Shown here in pieces: positions 27,198-36,989 of a DNA stretch of 64,000 nucleotides (its first letter is position 1; each line of letters starts with the position of its first letter). The notes below the pieces were generated by a model that was not told where the DNA came from, did not search any database, and saw nothing but the letters and a program-made list of their open reading frames with translations. The stretch is from Candidatus Giovannonibacteria bacterium (GTDB lineage: Bacteria > Patescibacteriota > Minisyncoccia > UBA11713 > 2-01-FULL-45-33), in the NCBI GenBank assembly GCA_016432405.1, contig CP066687.1, positions 219,040 through 283,039 on the forward strand. The letters are read 5' to 3'. Position numbers and translations under genes: made by a program.

Positions 27198-27920
27198 ATG
27201 AAGACATGGGAGAGATACCCAAATTTGGCTAGAGCGGTTAAAAGGACGCATGAGGAGGTGGAAAGGGAATTCAACGTTCAGGCGTTCCATTGCCATGATT
27301 TTTTCCACGCTTTCCGCGTCAGCAACTGGGCGGAGAGAATCGCACCTGATCCCGAAACCGCCCGGAAAGCTGGAGTCGCAGGGCTTCTGCACAACGATGA
27401 CAGAATTATGCAAATAAAGCTCGGCCTTGGGTTTGCGGACAAAGTTCCCACTGATTTGCGGGTGGAGATGATGATCAGCTGGCTTGATGCCGAGCCCACC
27501 GGGACATTTTTGCCGAAAGAAGAGAAAGAAATCATTAATGCGGTGCTCAAGCATTCCAATCGTAATGGGCCGGATGACAGCTTGGTGCTGATTACATTGA
27601 TGGACGCGGACAGATTAGTGAATCTGGAAGCGGATTGCATTATTCGCAACGGGCAGTATTTCGGAAACGCGCTGCAGGTCGTTGACCCGGTCTATCTCTT
27701 GGATGACCCGAAAGCCAACTTTCGAGATCCACGCTCGATTTTGTGGACGATGCCCACGCGGTTTGATTGGGAGCAAGAAGGCGGATTTGTTGGGTTGCGG
27801 CTGCCAAAGGCCCGCGAATTCGCAAAGAGGCGCTTCGCCTTTTGGCGGCTCTTTATCCAAGAAACGATTGAACAAATTAAAGAATCCGGAGCCGTCCCAT
27901 TCCCGGATTTTGAAAGCTAG
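27198..27920 (+). CDS. HD-superfamily metal-dependent phosphohydrolase-like protein
   Basis: HDFFHAFRV, AGLLHNDDR (variant HD), AVLKHS and LMDADRL; GAGGAGG SD. Confidence 0.7.
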   Translation: MKTWERYPNLARAVKRTHEEVEREFNVQAFHCHDFFHAFRVSNWAERIAPDPETARKAGVAGLLHNDDRIMQIKLGLGFADKVPTDLRVEMMISWLDAEPTGTFLPKEEKEIINAVLKHSNRNGPDDSLVLITLMDADRLVNLEADCIIRNGQYFGNALQVVDPVYLLDDPKANFRDPRSILWTMPTRFDWEQEGGFVGLRLPKAREFAKRRFAFWRLFIQETIEQIKESGAVPFPDFES

Positions 27921-27933
27921 AAATCTAGCGAGC

Positions 27934-27963
27934 AACCGCCAGCCGAGCTGGCGGGTTTTTTAT
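27934..27963 (+). terminator. Rho-independent terminator
   Basis: CCGCCAGC-CGA-GCTGGCGG followed by GTTTTTT. Confidence 0.7.
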
Positions 27964-27989
27964 TATTATGTTAATTTATATCGTATCGC

Positions 27990-28589
27990 ATGGATAAAAA
28001 TCCTAATCAATTAAATTCTCCGCAATACGATAAATCTCTGCTCAAATCGGCGGGCGAGAATGTTTTTATCAGCGCGAATGTGGAAATCAGAAGGCCGCAT
28101 TTAGTTTCTATTGGAAGTAACGTAGATATTGATTCTGGGTGTTATCTTACACCCGGATTGGAAATAGGCGATTATGTGCATATTGCGGCCTATGTTACTG
28201 TTATTGGTTGGCCAAACGGGTTTCTCAAAATGGGAAATTTTACCAATATCGCCGTGGGCGGAAGAATCATTTGCGTTTCGGATACTTTTTCGGGCGACGG
28301 GCTTATCGGCGCGCAGGGGATACCGGATGAATTCCGGAAGCTCAAAATCGCGCCCGTTGTTTTTGAAAATTTCGCCAATGTCGGCGCGGGGGCGATTATT
28401 TTGCCTGGGGTGACATTGCGCGAAGGGTCGGTTGTCGGCGCGGGGGCGGTTGTCACCAAAGACACGGAGCCGTGGACGATTTACGCAGGAAATCCGGCCA
28501 GGCCGATTAAAAAAAGGCCCAAAGAAAAAATGCTGGAATACGCCGCCAAGCTGGGGTATCCGAACGGCCATAAAACATTTAACACTTAA
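27990..28589 (+). CDS. Hexapeptide-repeat O-acyltransferase
   Basis: IGSNVDID, IGDYVHI, ILPGVTL...VVGAGAVVTKD and AGNPAR. Confidence 0.85.
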   Translation: MDKNPNQLNSPQYDKSLLKSAGENVFISANVEIRRPHLVSIGSNVDIDSGCYLTPGLEIGDYVHIAAYVTVIGWPNGFLKMGNFTNIAVGGRIICVSDTFSGDGLIGAQGIPDEFRKLKIAPVVFENFANVGAGAIILPGVTLREGSVVGAGAVVTKDTEPWTIYAGNPARPIKKRPKEKMLEYAAKLGYPNGHKTFNT

Positions 28590-28597
28590 CATGTGAC

Positions 28598-29788
28598 ATG
28601 AGGATTGTTTTTGTCACTTCCAAACTGAATTTCAAAACCGCGGGCGGCTCAATTGAGGAACTTGATTTACTTATGCAGACTTTGCAAAATTTAGGGAACT
28701 CCGTTAAAACAGTTACCGCTTTTTCCGCCAACAACGTTATTCCGGAAAAACGCCCCTACGAAGTCATAGAGGAGCAAATTACTTCCAAGCGTCTTTTGGG
28801 CATCGCCTGGCAGCTTTATAAAATTTTAAAAAAATATGAGCAGATGGCCGACATTTTCCACATTGACGGCCATATTTTTTTATACGGCGCTGGGCTCTAT
28901 AAGCTTTTGGGCGGGCGGGATGCACGCCCCGTGGCGGCGTATTTTAACTATTACCTGATGTGTTGGGAGGACACGGCTATCAGTTTGACGTCGCCGCCTG
29001 AAGAAAATATTTTGATTCGCGCAAAAAAGAAAATCCGCTGGCTGATAGAAAAATGTATCGGCATGCCGCTTGCTAACCGCATTGATATTTTTGCGTTTGT
29101 CAGCCCGAATTTGAAAGCGGTATACGAAGATTTCGGCCTGCGAAAAGACCCAAACACTTTTGTAATAGGCGACTTGATTGATTTTCAGAAAATTATGCGT
29201 GAGAACGGAATTTCGGAAGATACTTACCTGAACCGGAACAAGCGCACGGGGCCGTTTCTCCTTTTTTACTCCAGTCGGATGATCCGCGGGAAAGGCTTTG
29301 ATTTGCTGCTTCACGGATTTTCACGTCTCCGGAACAAAGAGAATTTTAAATTGATTTTGACCGGCATCGGGCCGGAGGCGGAGACGCTCAAAAAAATGGC
29401 GAAGGACCTGGGAATTGAAAAATACGTTGAGATGCCCGGATGGGTCACGTGGGAACGCCTGCTCCAATACAACAAGGAGGCGGATATTTACATACAGGTG
29501 GGCTGGAAGCCGGAGGGTACCTCTATTTCCCAGCTCTACGCGATGGCTTTCGGCGTGCCATCTATCTTGCCCGGAGGCGGAGGGCTTGAGTGGCAGGCAA
29601 AAAACACCGCGATTTACGTCCGAAACGGCGCTCACGACGATTTGGCGCGCGCCATAGAAAAACTGGCGGGCGATTTTGAGCTCCGCGCCGAGCTTTCCAG
29701 AAATTGCTACAAGCGCATCAAAGAAAATTCAATGGATTACAGAAAACAGATTCCAATCTGGAACGAGAAACTTAAATCTTTGGTTTGA
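28598..29788 (+). CDS. GT4 glycosyltransferase
   Basis: SRMIRGKGFD, GIGPE, EGTSISQLYAMAFGVP and DLARAI. Confidence 0.8.
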   Translation: MRIVFVTSKLNFKTAGGSIEELDLLMQTLQNLGNSVKTVTAFSANNVIPEKRPYEVIEEQITSKRLLGIAWQLYKILKKYEQMADIFHIDGHIFLYGAGLYKLLGGRDARPVAAYFNYYLMCWEDTAISLTSPPEENILIRAKKKIRWLIEKCIGMPLANRIDIFAFVSPNLKAVYEDFGLRKDPNTFVIGDLIDFQKIMRENGISEDTYLNRNKRTGPFLLFYSSRMIRGKGFDLLLHGFSRLRNKENFKLILTGIGPEAETLKKMAKDLGIEKYVEMPGWVTWERLLQYNKEADIYIQVGWKPEGTSISQLYAMAFGVPSILPGGGGLEWQAKNTAIYVRNGAHDDLARAIEKLAGDFELRAELSRNCYKRIKENSMDYRKQIPIWNEKLKSLV

Positions 29789-30608
29789 CGCAATATAAAT
29801 TCACGAATTCGCCGAAATTTGTGCCATCGGCGGATTTGGGTATGAATCTTGCGTAGTCGGCGTCACTTGTCGCCGGACTTAATTTTGACAAGCCCTGTTT
29901 TGTGATGGCGAAAATTTGGAAGCCGAAGGACTCAATGAAATTTAAAAAATTTAACGGCGTGTTTCCGGCCGCTCGAACCCACGCGGGGGCGAATTCAATG
30001 ATTAAGGCCAGATTTTTGTTTTCTGAAAGTATTTTTTTCATACCTTGAAGAGCCGCGTACTCGCCACCTTCTATGTCCATTTTTATAATATCCACCTTAT
30101 TTACGTCGTTTTTTTGCAGGAATGAATCTAGGTTGGCTGCCCGGACGCTTATTTTTGTTTTTTTAAAATCCAGCGGTACGTTGGGCAACACACTGCCCAC
30201 GCCGCTTTTTTCATCGTAGTGGTAAAAATCAATCTGACCGGTTTTGTCGGATATGGCAAGCCGGTATGATTTTATGTTTTTCAGCCGCCCGATATTTTTT
30301 TGCAGCAGGATAAAATTTTCCGGGTCTGCCTCAAAAGCGTAAACTGTTCCGCTGCCCCCAACTAATTCCGAAGCAATCCGGGCGTAATAGCCGATATGCG
30401 CTCCGACGTCAATTATTGTCATTCCGGGCTTTACGATTTTTTTAAAAAGAGAAATTGTTTCCGGCTCGTAGAGGTCAAAAAGCATGTCCAGTTTCCAGCG
30501 CCTGATATAATTTTTCGGAAAGTGGTAGCCCACGGAAAAAGCATAAACATCAACCAAGGCGTCAAACAGCTTATGCAAAAACAGCGCTCTATATATCTTT
30601 CTTAGCAT
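29772..30608 (-). CDS. FkbM-family methyltransferase
   Basis: YEPET, IDVGAHIGYY, FEADP and IKMDIEGGE. Confidence 0.88.
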   Translation of the reverse strand: MLRKIYRALFLHKLFDALVDVYAFSVGYHFPKNYIRRWKLDMLFDLYEPETISLFKKIVKPGMTIIDVGAHIGYYARIASELVGGSGTVYAFEADPENFILLQKNIGRLKNIKSYRLAISDKTGQIDFYHYDEKSGVGSVLPNVPLDFKKTKISVRAANLDSFLQKNDVNKVDIIKMDIEGGEYAALQGMKKILSENKNLALIIEFAPAWVRAAGNTPLNFLNFIESFGFQIFAITKQGLSKLSPATSDADYARFIPKSADGTNFGEFVNLYCVKPKI

Positions 30609-32100
30609 ACGATTTAATTTTTTTTGCCAAGAGATCGGCCAAGGGCTCCAGGACGGCCCGCTTTTTTCCCAAATCGGCTTCGTGCTCCCAGATATATGAC
30701 AGGTCCAGCGGAGCGGCGTCTTCCAACATTCCTTGAATGTACGCTAAAAGCTCTTTCTCATCAAAATTAAACCGCCGGAGCTGGTCTTCTACGATATATG
30801 GCAGCATATCTATCTGCTCGCATTTTTTTACCATGGATATGGCGTTGTAAAACTGGTCGCCGAATGTGATGACCGGTTTTCCCAGAAAAAGCGCTTCCCA
30901 GCCCGCCGTGCTTGTGATGGTTAGCACAAGTTTTGCTTTCGGCAATATCTCAAAGCTTGTTATTGACGGGTCCAGCAGTTTGACGTTCGGTATTTTTTTG
31001 AGCTCCTTATAATATGAGCGCGGCCGGAAAGGCACCATTTGCGGATGTTCTTTGATGTAGAGTTTAAAATGAACCGGCAAAGAGCGCGCGATTTGCCGGA
31101 CCAGCGTCAGCTGGTTGGCGTGGAACGGCGCGTGGAGGAGCGTGGAAATTTCCGGCTCCATCTGCAGGGTGTAATAAGCAAAATCCACATCCGGGTTAAA
31201 AGCATCATATAGGTCTTCCACGCCGATGAGGTTTCTTATTTTGCGTTTGGCGCGGTCATAAAGAGAATACAGGGGATTAATGTAGGTATAATCGCTTCTA
31301 TCAATTTTAGCGGCATAGTCGTAAACCTCTTTAGAATAAACGCGCACGAATCTTACAAAATTTTTTGGTTTTAAAAAATTAAAGTGGCTTGCTCTCTTTA
31401 CGGCCAGCTTTTTAATGTCCACCCCTTCATAGTAAGGATGCGGCGCGCTTCTGAAATCGCGCAGAAAATTGGAAGCTTTCTCCAGCCGCTTGAAATCGGT
31501 GCCCCCGGCCATAATCTCTTTTGCTATTTCCTCCACCTCCGTAAATCGGTCGTATCTCTTACTGATTATGGTTTTGTTTTTTGTGTATCCCGGCAGAATC
31601 GCTATCGGCTGAATTCCTTTTTTCACGGCTATCTCGTGCAAAAGATATCCTCCCATGCCGCCGAGCACGGAGAAGACAAGCGCGTCCGGTTTTTCTTTGT
31701 CCAAAAATTCAATAATCGCTTTGGCCCTTACTTGAAGGATGCGCATCATCTCTTCGTGAGTATAGGGCGGAGCGGCGTACGGATACTCGCGCACCAGCTG
31801 GTTAAACATTACGACCCTGTCAACGGCTATGTACGGCCATAGATTTGGAATCCCGTAGGCGCGCTCCAGCCAATTTAAATACGCCAAATCAAGCGGCTCC
31901 GTTTTGTACCGCTTATGAATCTCCTCGTCAAAAATTAAAGAGCTGTATTTAATCTCTTTTTGGTTCGCCAAAAAATCATGGCTCGTCCTAAGCGAAGTAT
32001 AGCCGCAAAATTCGGTTATGCCGTATTTTTCCTTTAGCGTGATTGCAAGGCAATGCGCGATATAAGCGAAGCGGCGCTGGGCCAAAAAGCAAATTTTCAT
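30589..32100 (-). CDS. Capsule polysaccharide biosynthesis protein (KpsS-like, putative nonulosonate/Kdo transferase)
   Basis: YYTLQMEPEIS, LYIKEHP, TITSTAGWEALFLGKPVITFG. Confidence 0.7.
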   Translation of the reverse strand: MKICFLAQRRFAYIAHCLAITLKEKYGITEFCGYTSLRTSHDFLANQKEIKYSSLIFDEEIHKRYKTEPLDLAYLNWLERAYGIPNLWPYIAVDRVVMFNQLVREYPYAAPPYTHEEMMRILQVRAKAIIEFLDKEKPDALVFSVLGGMGGYLLHEIAVKKGIQPIAILPGYTKNKTIISKRYDRFTEVEEIAKEIMAGGTDFKRLEKASNFLRDFRSAPHPYYEGVDIKKLAVKRASHFNFLKPKNFVRFVRVYSKEVYDYAAKIDRSDYTYINPLYSLYDRAKRKIRNLIGVEDLYDAFNPDVDFAYYTLQMEPEISTLLHAPFHANQLTLVRQIARSLPVHFKLYIKEHPQMVPFRPRSYYKELKKIPNVKLLDPSITSFEILPKAKLVLTITSTAGWEALFLGKPVITFGDQFYNAISMVKKCEQIDMLPYIVEDQLRRFNFDEKELLAYIQGMLEDAAPLDLSYIWEHEADLGKKRAVLEPLADLLAKKIKSYAKKDI

Positions 32101-32155
32101 GGTTATAATTATGTAACAACCGGGGTTTAAATGTGGTTATTATATATGACATACC

Positions 32156-32707
32156 ATGGCGATTCAAGAAATTTTTGAGCGGATAAAATTCTGGCGGACG
32201 GCTGACAGGATCGGGCCTGATATTCCATGGACTCATTGGAAACTGCATTTTAATTCCACGATGCGCGCGTTTTGTAAGAAGAAGTTCAGGCATTTTGACG
32301 CGACCGCGGAATTGCGCCCCGGCTCTTATTTTATCTGCCCTTCCAAAATCAGTATTGGCAAAGGCGTTATTGTCCGGCCAGGCAGTTTTTTGGCCGCCAA
32401 TCCAAAAGACGGAGAGCATGGGATTACTATAGAAGACGAAGTGCTTTTGGGGCCCGGGGTTCACATGTATACAACCGACCACGAATTTAAAAATCCGGAC
32501 GTCCCTATTTGTTATCAGGACTATAAGCCATCCAAGCCGATAGTTGTAAAGCGAGGGGCGTGGATTGGCGCCAACGTCGTCATTTTGGCTGGGGTTACCA
32601 TAGGAGAAAACAGCGTAATTGGCGCGGGCAGCGTGGTGAGTAAAGATATCCAGCCGCGCGTCGTCGCCGCCGGAAGCCCGGCAAGAGTCGTGCGCTCGCT
32701 TTCATGA
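32156..32707 (+). CDS. Hexapeptide acyltransferase (maltose/galactoside O-acetyltransferase-like)
   Basis: ITIEDEVLLGPGV, HEF, AWIGANVVILAGVTIG and GSPAR. Confidence 0.85.
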   Translation: MAIQEIFERIKFWRTADRIGPDIPWTHWKLHFNSTMRAFCKKKFRHFDATAELRPGSYFICPSKISIGKGVIVRPGSFLAANPKDGEHGITIEDEVLLGPGVHMYTTDHEFKNPDVPICYQDYKPSKPIVVKRGAWIGANVVILAGVTIGENSVIGAGSVVSKDIQPRVVAAGSPARVVRSLS

Positions 32708-32710
32708 ATT

Positions 32711-33469
32711 ATGAAAAATATCCGCATCATACCGCGGCTGGACATAAAAGGGCCGAATGTTGTAAAGCCGGTGCATACGGAAGCGCTGCGCGTTGTGGGC
32801 GACCCGAAAGAATCGGCTATACGTTATCACAAAGAGGGCGCGGACGAGCTGATTTACTTGGACATCGTTGCAAGTTTATATCAGAGGAATCTTGATTTTG
32901 ATTTATTAAAATCCGTAACCGAAAATATTTTCATACCGGTAACCGTCGGCGGCGGCATCCGGACGATTCATGACATAAATAACGCTCTGCGTTCGGGAGC
33001 GGATAAAGTCGCGATTAACACTTACGCTGTCCGCCACCCGGAATTTTTAAGCGAGGCGGCAAAAGAATTCGGCTCTCAATGTATTGTGCTTTACATTGAA
33101 GCAAAAAAACAGCCCAACGGCGCTTATGAGGCGTACACAGATGGCGGAAGGGAGCATTCTGGGCTTGATGCCGTAGAATGGGCAAGACGCGGTATTGAGC
33201 TTGGCGTCGGCGAGATTTTGGTGACATCGGTTGACCGCGACGGAACCAGACGGGGGTATGATTTGGATTTAATCCGACGAATCAGCGCCTTCTCGCCGGT
33301 TCCGGTTATCGCGCACGGCGGCGCTGGGGATTTGGAATCTTTGGACAAAGTTATTATGGATGGGAAAGCAGATGCCATTTCTGCATCCTCAATTTTTCAT
33401 TACGGAGATTTTAAGATAGGAGATGTTAAAAATTATCTAAAAGCAAAAAATATAAATGTCCGAACCTAA
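32711..33469 (+). CDS. HisF-like cyclase subunit, glycan-amidation type (WbuZ-like)
   Basis: RIIPRLDIKG, GADEL, TVGGGIR, SVDRDGT and IAHGGAG; adjacent to HisH-like and N-acetyl sugar amidotransferase genes. Confidence 0.85.
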   Translation: MKNIRIIPRLDIKGPNVVKPVHTEALRVVGDPKESAIRYHKEGADELIYLDIVASLYQRNLDFDLLKSVTENIFIPVTVGGGIRTIHDINNALRSGADKVAINTYAVRHPEFLSEAAKEFGSQCIVLYIEAKKQPNGAYEAYTDGGREHSGLDAVEWARRGIELGVGEILVTSVDRDGTRRGYDLDLIRRISAFSPVPVIAHGGAGDLESLDKVIMDGKADAISASSIFHYGDFKIGDVKNYLKAKNINVRT

Positions 33470-34064
33470 AATAACAATTATTGATTACGGTGTTGGAAAT
33501 CTGCATAGTCTGCGGCGGGCATTTAAGTTTTTTGAAATTGATGCGGCGATTTCTGAAGACGCGGATGAAATTTTAAACTCGGATGCCGTAGTTTTGCCCG
33601 GGGTCGGTTCTTTTGAGGCGGGAATGAGAGGCCTTAAGGTTCGCGGGCTCGTTGATGCCGTGAAAGAATTTGCTGTCAGCAACAAGCCGATGCTTGGCAT
33701 ATGTTTGGGCGCGCAGATTTTGCTTTCAGAAGGGCATGAGTTCGGGGTTTTTGAAGGGCTGGACATAATTCCTGGCAAAGTTACGCGTTTCCCGGAGCTT
33801 GCCGGCGGGGAGAAAATACCGCATATCGGATGGAATAGAGTCAGCTCGCCCGGCGGAGACGCGTGGAACAAAGATTTTTATTTCGTACATTCTTATATTT
33901 TGCGGCCGGAAAAAAGGGAGCACATTTTCGGGCTTACAACTTACGGCGGGCAGGAATTTTGCTCGGTTGTGAAAAAAGGCAACATTTACGGGACGCAGTT
34001 CCATCCGGAGCGCAGCGGCGATGCCGGGCTTGAGATAATTAAAAATTTCATTAAGATCGCATGA
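33456..34064 (+). CDS. HisH-like glutamine amidotransferase (WbuY-like)
   Basis: IDYGVGNL, LPGVGSF, GICLGAQ, PHIGWN, YFVHSY and QFHPE. Confidence 0.88.
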   Translation: MSEPKITIIDYGVGNLHSLRRAFKFFEIDAAISEDADEILNSDAVVLPGVGSFEAGMRGLKVRGLVDAVKEFAVSNKPMLGICLGAQILLSEGHEFGVFEGLDIIPGKVTRFPELAGGEKIPHIGWNRVSSPGGDAWNKDFYFVHSYILRPEKREHIFGLTTYGGQEFCSVVKKGNIYGTQFHPERSGDAGLEIIKNFIKIA

Positions 34065-35335
34065 TTTCAAAAGTTAAGAACACGCAAGTCAAATACGGTT
34101 TGCCGCAAGAGGTTAAGTTTTGTAAAAAGTGCGTAATTTCCAACCAGCGGCCGAATTCAGCAATTGAATTCGCGCACACAAGCGACACTCGCAAAGCCAC
34201 GATTAACTTTGATGCTGAAGGAGTTTGTGATGCGTGCCGCTTTGCCAAAATAAAAAAAACTCAAATTGACTGGGCCGAACGTGAACGGCAGTTGGCGGCA
34301 TTGTGCGGTAGATACCGCAAAAATAACGGAGAATACGACTGCATCGTTCCGGGGTCCGGGGGCAAAGATAGTTTTTACGCCGCCCATATTTTGAAATATA
34401 AATACGGCATGCACCCGTTGACGGTGACTTGGGCGCCGCATCTTTATACCGATTGGGGGTGGAAAAATTTTCAGGCGTGGATTCACGCCGGGTTTGACAA
34501 TTACTTGCATACGCCGAACGGCAATGTGCATCGCTTATTAACCCGCCTTGCTCTTGAAAAACTTTTTCATCCCTTCCAGCCGTTTATTTTGGGGCAAAAA
34601 TCCCTCCCGCCAAAATTAGCCGTATCTTTTAATATCCCCTTGGTTTTTTACGGAGAAAATGAAGCAGAATACGGCAACCCAATTGCGGATATGTCCACTG
34701 CCAAACGCGACCGGTCTTATTTCACGGCGAAAGATCAATCCAAAATTTATTTAGGCGGCGTATCCGTAGCGGATCTTAAACAGCGCTACGATATTTCAGA
34801 TAACGATCTTCAGCAGTATTTCCCCGCCGATCCGGCAAGAATGGAAAAAATCGCTTTGGAGGTACATTATCTGGGATATTATTTAAAGTGGCATCCGCAA
34901 TCCTGTTATTATTACGCGGTGGAACACGGTGGCTTTCAGGCCGCCCCGGAACGCAGCCCGGGGACATACGGAAAATATACCAGCATTGATGATAAAATGG
35001 ATGACTTGAATTTTTACACAATGTTCATAAAATTCGGCATTGGGCGCGCGACTTGGGATGCGGCGCAGGAAATAAGATCGGGCGATATAACGCGCGATGA
35101 AGGGGTATCGCTTGTGAGAAGATTTGACGGAGAATACCCCGCAAGATTTGAGGACGAACTTTTTCAGTATTTAAGCATTACGAAAAAGGACTTTTCGCCA
35201 AAGATTGTTAAAATGTTTGATTATCCTGCGATGAACAAAAAATATTTTATGAAATTAGCCGACGAATTTAGGTCGCCGCATTTATGGGAGCGTCTGCCGA
35301 ACGAAGAGTGGCGATTGAAACGCCAAGTCAGTTAA
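34061..35335 (+). CDS. N-acetyl sugar amidotransferase (WbuX/PseA-like)
   Basis: CKKC...RP, CDAC, PP-loop SGGKDS, YGENEAEYG, SIDDK and KFGIGRAT. Confidence 0.88.
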   Translation: MISKVKNTQVKYGLPQEVKFCKKCVISNQRPNSAIEFAHTSDTRKATINFDAEGVCDACRFAKIKKTQIDWAERERQLAALCGRYRKNNGEYDCIVPGSGGKDSFYAAHILKYKYGMHPLTVTWAPHLYTDWGWKNFQAWIHAGFDNYLHTPNGNVHRLLTRLALEKLFHPFQPFILGQKSLPPKLAVSFNIPLVFYGENEAEYGNPIADMSTAKRDRSYFTAKDQSKIYLGGVSVADLKQRYDISDNDLQQYFPADPARMEKIALEVHYLGYYLKWHPQSCYYYAVEHGGFQAAPERSPGTYGKYTSIDDKMDDLNFYTMFIKFGIGRATWDAAQEIRSGDITRDEGVSLVRRFDGEYPARFEDELFQYLSITKKDFSPKIVKMFDYPAMNKKYFMKLADEFRSPHLWERLPNEEWRLKRQVS

Positions 35336-35350
35336 AAAAGTTTTAAAAGC

Positions 35351-36076
35351 ATGAAAGAAAAACTTTTGGCCATTATTCCCGCAAGAGGGGGGTCTAAACG
35401 CATTCCCAATAAAAACATCAGGAATTTTTTTGGCAAACCTTTGATTGCGCATACGATTTTGCAGGCAAAAGAAAATTCTTTTATTGACAGGGTGGTTGTG
35501 GACACGGATTCCCAAAAAATTGCGGCGATTGCGCGAAGATGCGGAGCGGAGGTGCCGTTTTTGCGCCCCAAGCGCTTGGCTGCAGACAAAGCCAGCGTCA
35601 ATGATTCGGCCGTTTATTTTCTAAAGAGATTAAAAAAAGAAGAAGGATACGAACCGGAATATGTAATGTTTTTGCACACAACCTCGCCGCTTCGCGAACA
35701 AAAGGACATTCATGAATGCTGGGAATTTATGAAAAAAAGCGGCGCCACAACCGTTCTTACCGTGTGCCCCACGCATCCGCGCCTTTATTATCTGGGCGCG
35801 AAAAATAAAATCATTTTGGCTAACAGCCCCGGAGACAAGCTGCCGTCTAATGTCCAGCAATGGCGCAAGGCGTACATTTTAAACGGCTGTTTCGTGTATA
35901 TTGTAAAAACATCCGCGTTGCTTAAAGAAAAAGACATTTTTACCAGCGATACAAGAGCCGTGGTTTGTGACAGGTGGCGGTCGGTTGATTTAGATAATCC
36001 CGAAGATTGGGTTTTGGCGGAATTGCTCTACAAAAATCGGAAAAAACTGGGTAAGCAAATTAAAAATTTTAAATAA
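35351..36076 (+). CDS. neuA: Acylneuraminate (CMP-nonulosonate) cytidylyltransferase
   Basis: IIPARGGSKRIPNKNI, GAEVPFLRP, TSPLR, NGC and SVDLDNPEDW. Confidence 0.88.
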   Translation: MKEKLLAIIPARGGSKRIPNKNIRNFFGKPLIAHTILQAKENSFIDRVVVDTDSQKIAAIARRCGAEVPFLRPKRLAADKASVNDSAVYFLKRLKKEEGYEPEYVMFLHTTSPLREQKDIHECWEFMKKSGATTVLTVCPTHPRLYYLGAKNKIILANSPGDKLPSNVQQWRKAYILNGCFVYIVKTSALLKEKDIFTSDTRAVVCDRWRSVDLDNPEDWVLAELLYKNRKKLGKQIKNFK

Positions 36077-36083
36077 ATTTTCT

Positions 36084-36989
36084 ATGAAAATCGGCTTAAT
36101 CGGATTCGGTTCAATAGGACAGCGGCATTATAACAATTTAGTTAAGCGTACAAAAAATGTCATTGTGTTTTCTAGAAGGGACGATGTCAATTTGCCGCGT
36201 CAGGTTAAAAATTGGCGCGAATTTAAAAAGTGCGGTCCGTATGACGGCATTATTATCGCGAACGAAACTTCTAAACATGTTGTGACAATAAAAAAATGCA
36301 TTGCTCTATCCGCCGGCTGGCGGACCAAAGCGCTTTTTATAGAGAAACCGCTATCGCATAATTTAAAAAATCTGAATTCGCTCGGTCGGCTTTTGCTGAA
36401 GAATCGGATAAGCGCTTTTGTTGGATACTGCTTTCACTTTTTCGGGCCATTTATTAAAATTAAAAAAATTATCAAGAGCGGCAAACTGGGCCGAATTTAT
36501 TACTTGCGCGCGTCGGTGGGGCAGGACCTGAAAGAGTGGCGGCCGGGGCGCGATTATCGCAAAATTTATTCTGCGAGAAAAAATCTTGGCGGAGGGGTTT
36601 TGCTGGATTTAGTGCACGATATTAATTATCCCGCATGGCTTTTGGACGATGTTTTAATCCCGCAACGTTCTTTGGTCAAAAAGATATCTGATTTAAAAAT
36701 AAATACGGAGGATTTGGCGGAAAGCGTTTTTGTCGGCAAAAAGACTGGGGTAATCGTGTCCGTGCACCAGGATTATTTAAGAATTCCCGGCAGACGGTCC
36801 CTGGAAATAGCGGGCTCCAAGGGTAGTTTAATATGGAATTCGTCGGACGCCGAAGACCGCGGTAAGATGTATCAAAGAGAAATTAATTTTTTTATCGGTT
36901 TGATAAAAGGCGGCAAGTATTTTTCCAATTGGGATGAAGCCGTTTGGGATGTTAAAAACATAGAATATTTGAAAAAACATGGCGGATAA
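36084..36989 (+). CDS. Gfo/Idh/MocA oxidoreductase
   Basis: IGFGSIGQRH, FIEKP, WRPGRDYR and GGGVLLDLVHD. Confidence 0.85.
   Translation: MKIGLIGFGSIGQRHYNNLVKRTKNVIVFSRRDDVNLPRQVKNWREFKKCGPYDGIIIANETSKHVVTIKKCIALSAGWRTKALFIEKPLSHNLKNLNSLGRLLLKNRISAFVGYCFHFFGPFIKIKKIIKSGKLGRIYYLRASVGQDLKEWRPGRDYRKIYSARKNLGGGVLLDLVHDINYPAWLLDDVLIPQRSLVKKISDLKINTEDLAESVFVGKKTGVIVSVHQDYLRIPGRRSLEIAGSKGSLIWNSSDAEDRGKMYQREINFFIGLIKGGKYFSNWDEAVWDVKNIEYLKKHGG
36308..36324. repeat. In-frame short palindrome ATCCGCCGGCTGGCGGA
   Basis: Identical 17-mer at 37288..37304; read as SAGWRT here. Confidence 0.7.

Noticed and set aside
27114-27554. 147-aa N-terminal extension of the C-methyltransferase in the ORF track
   Set aside because: Overlaps the opposite-strand HD gene and its promoter; the family starts at MKCQICG, which has a -10 box directly upstream.
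32711-34064. Histidine biosynthesis (hisF/hisH)
   Set aside because: No other his genes are present; adjacency to the N-acetyl sugar amidotransferase marks the glycan-amidation paralogs.
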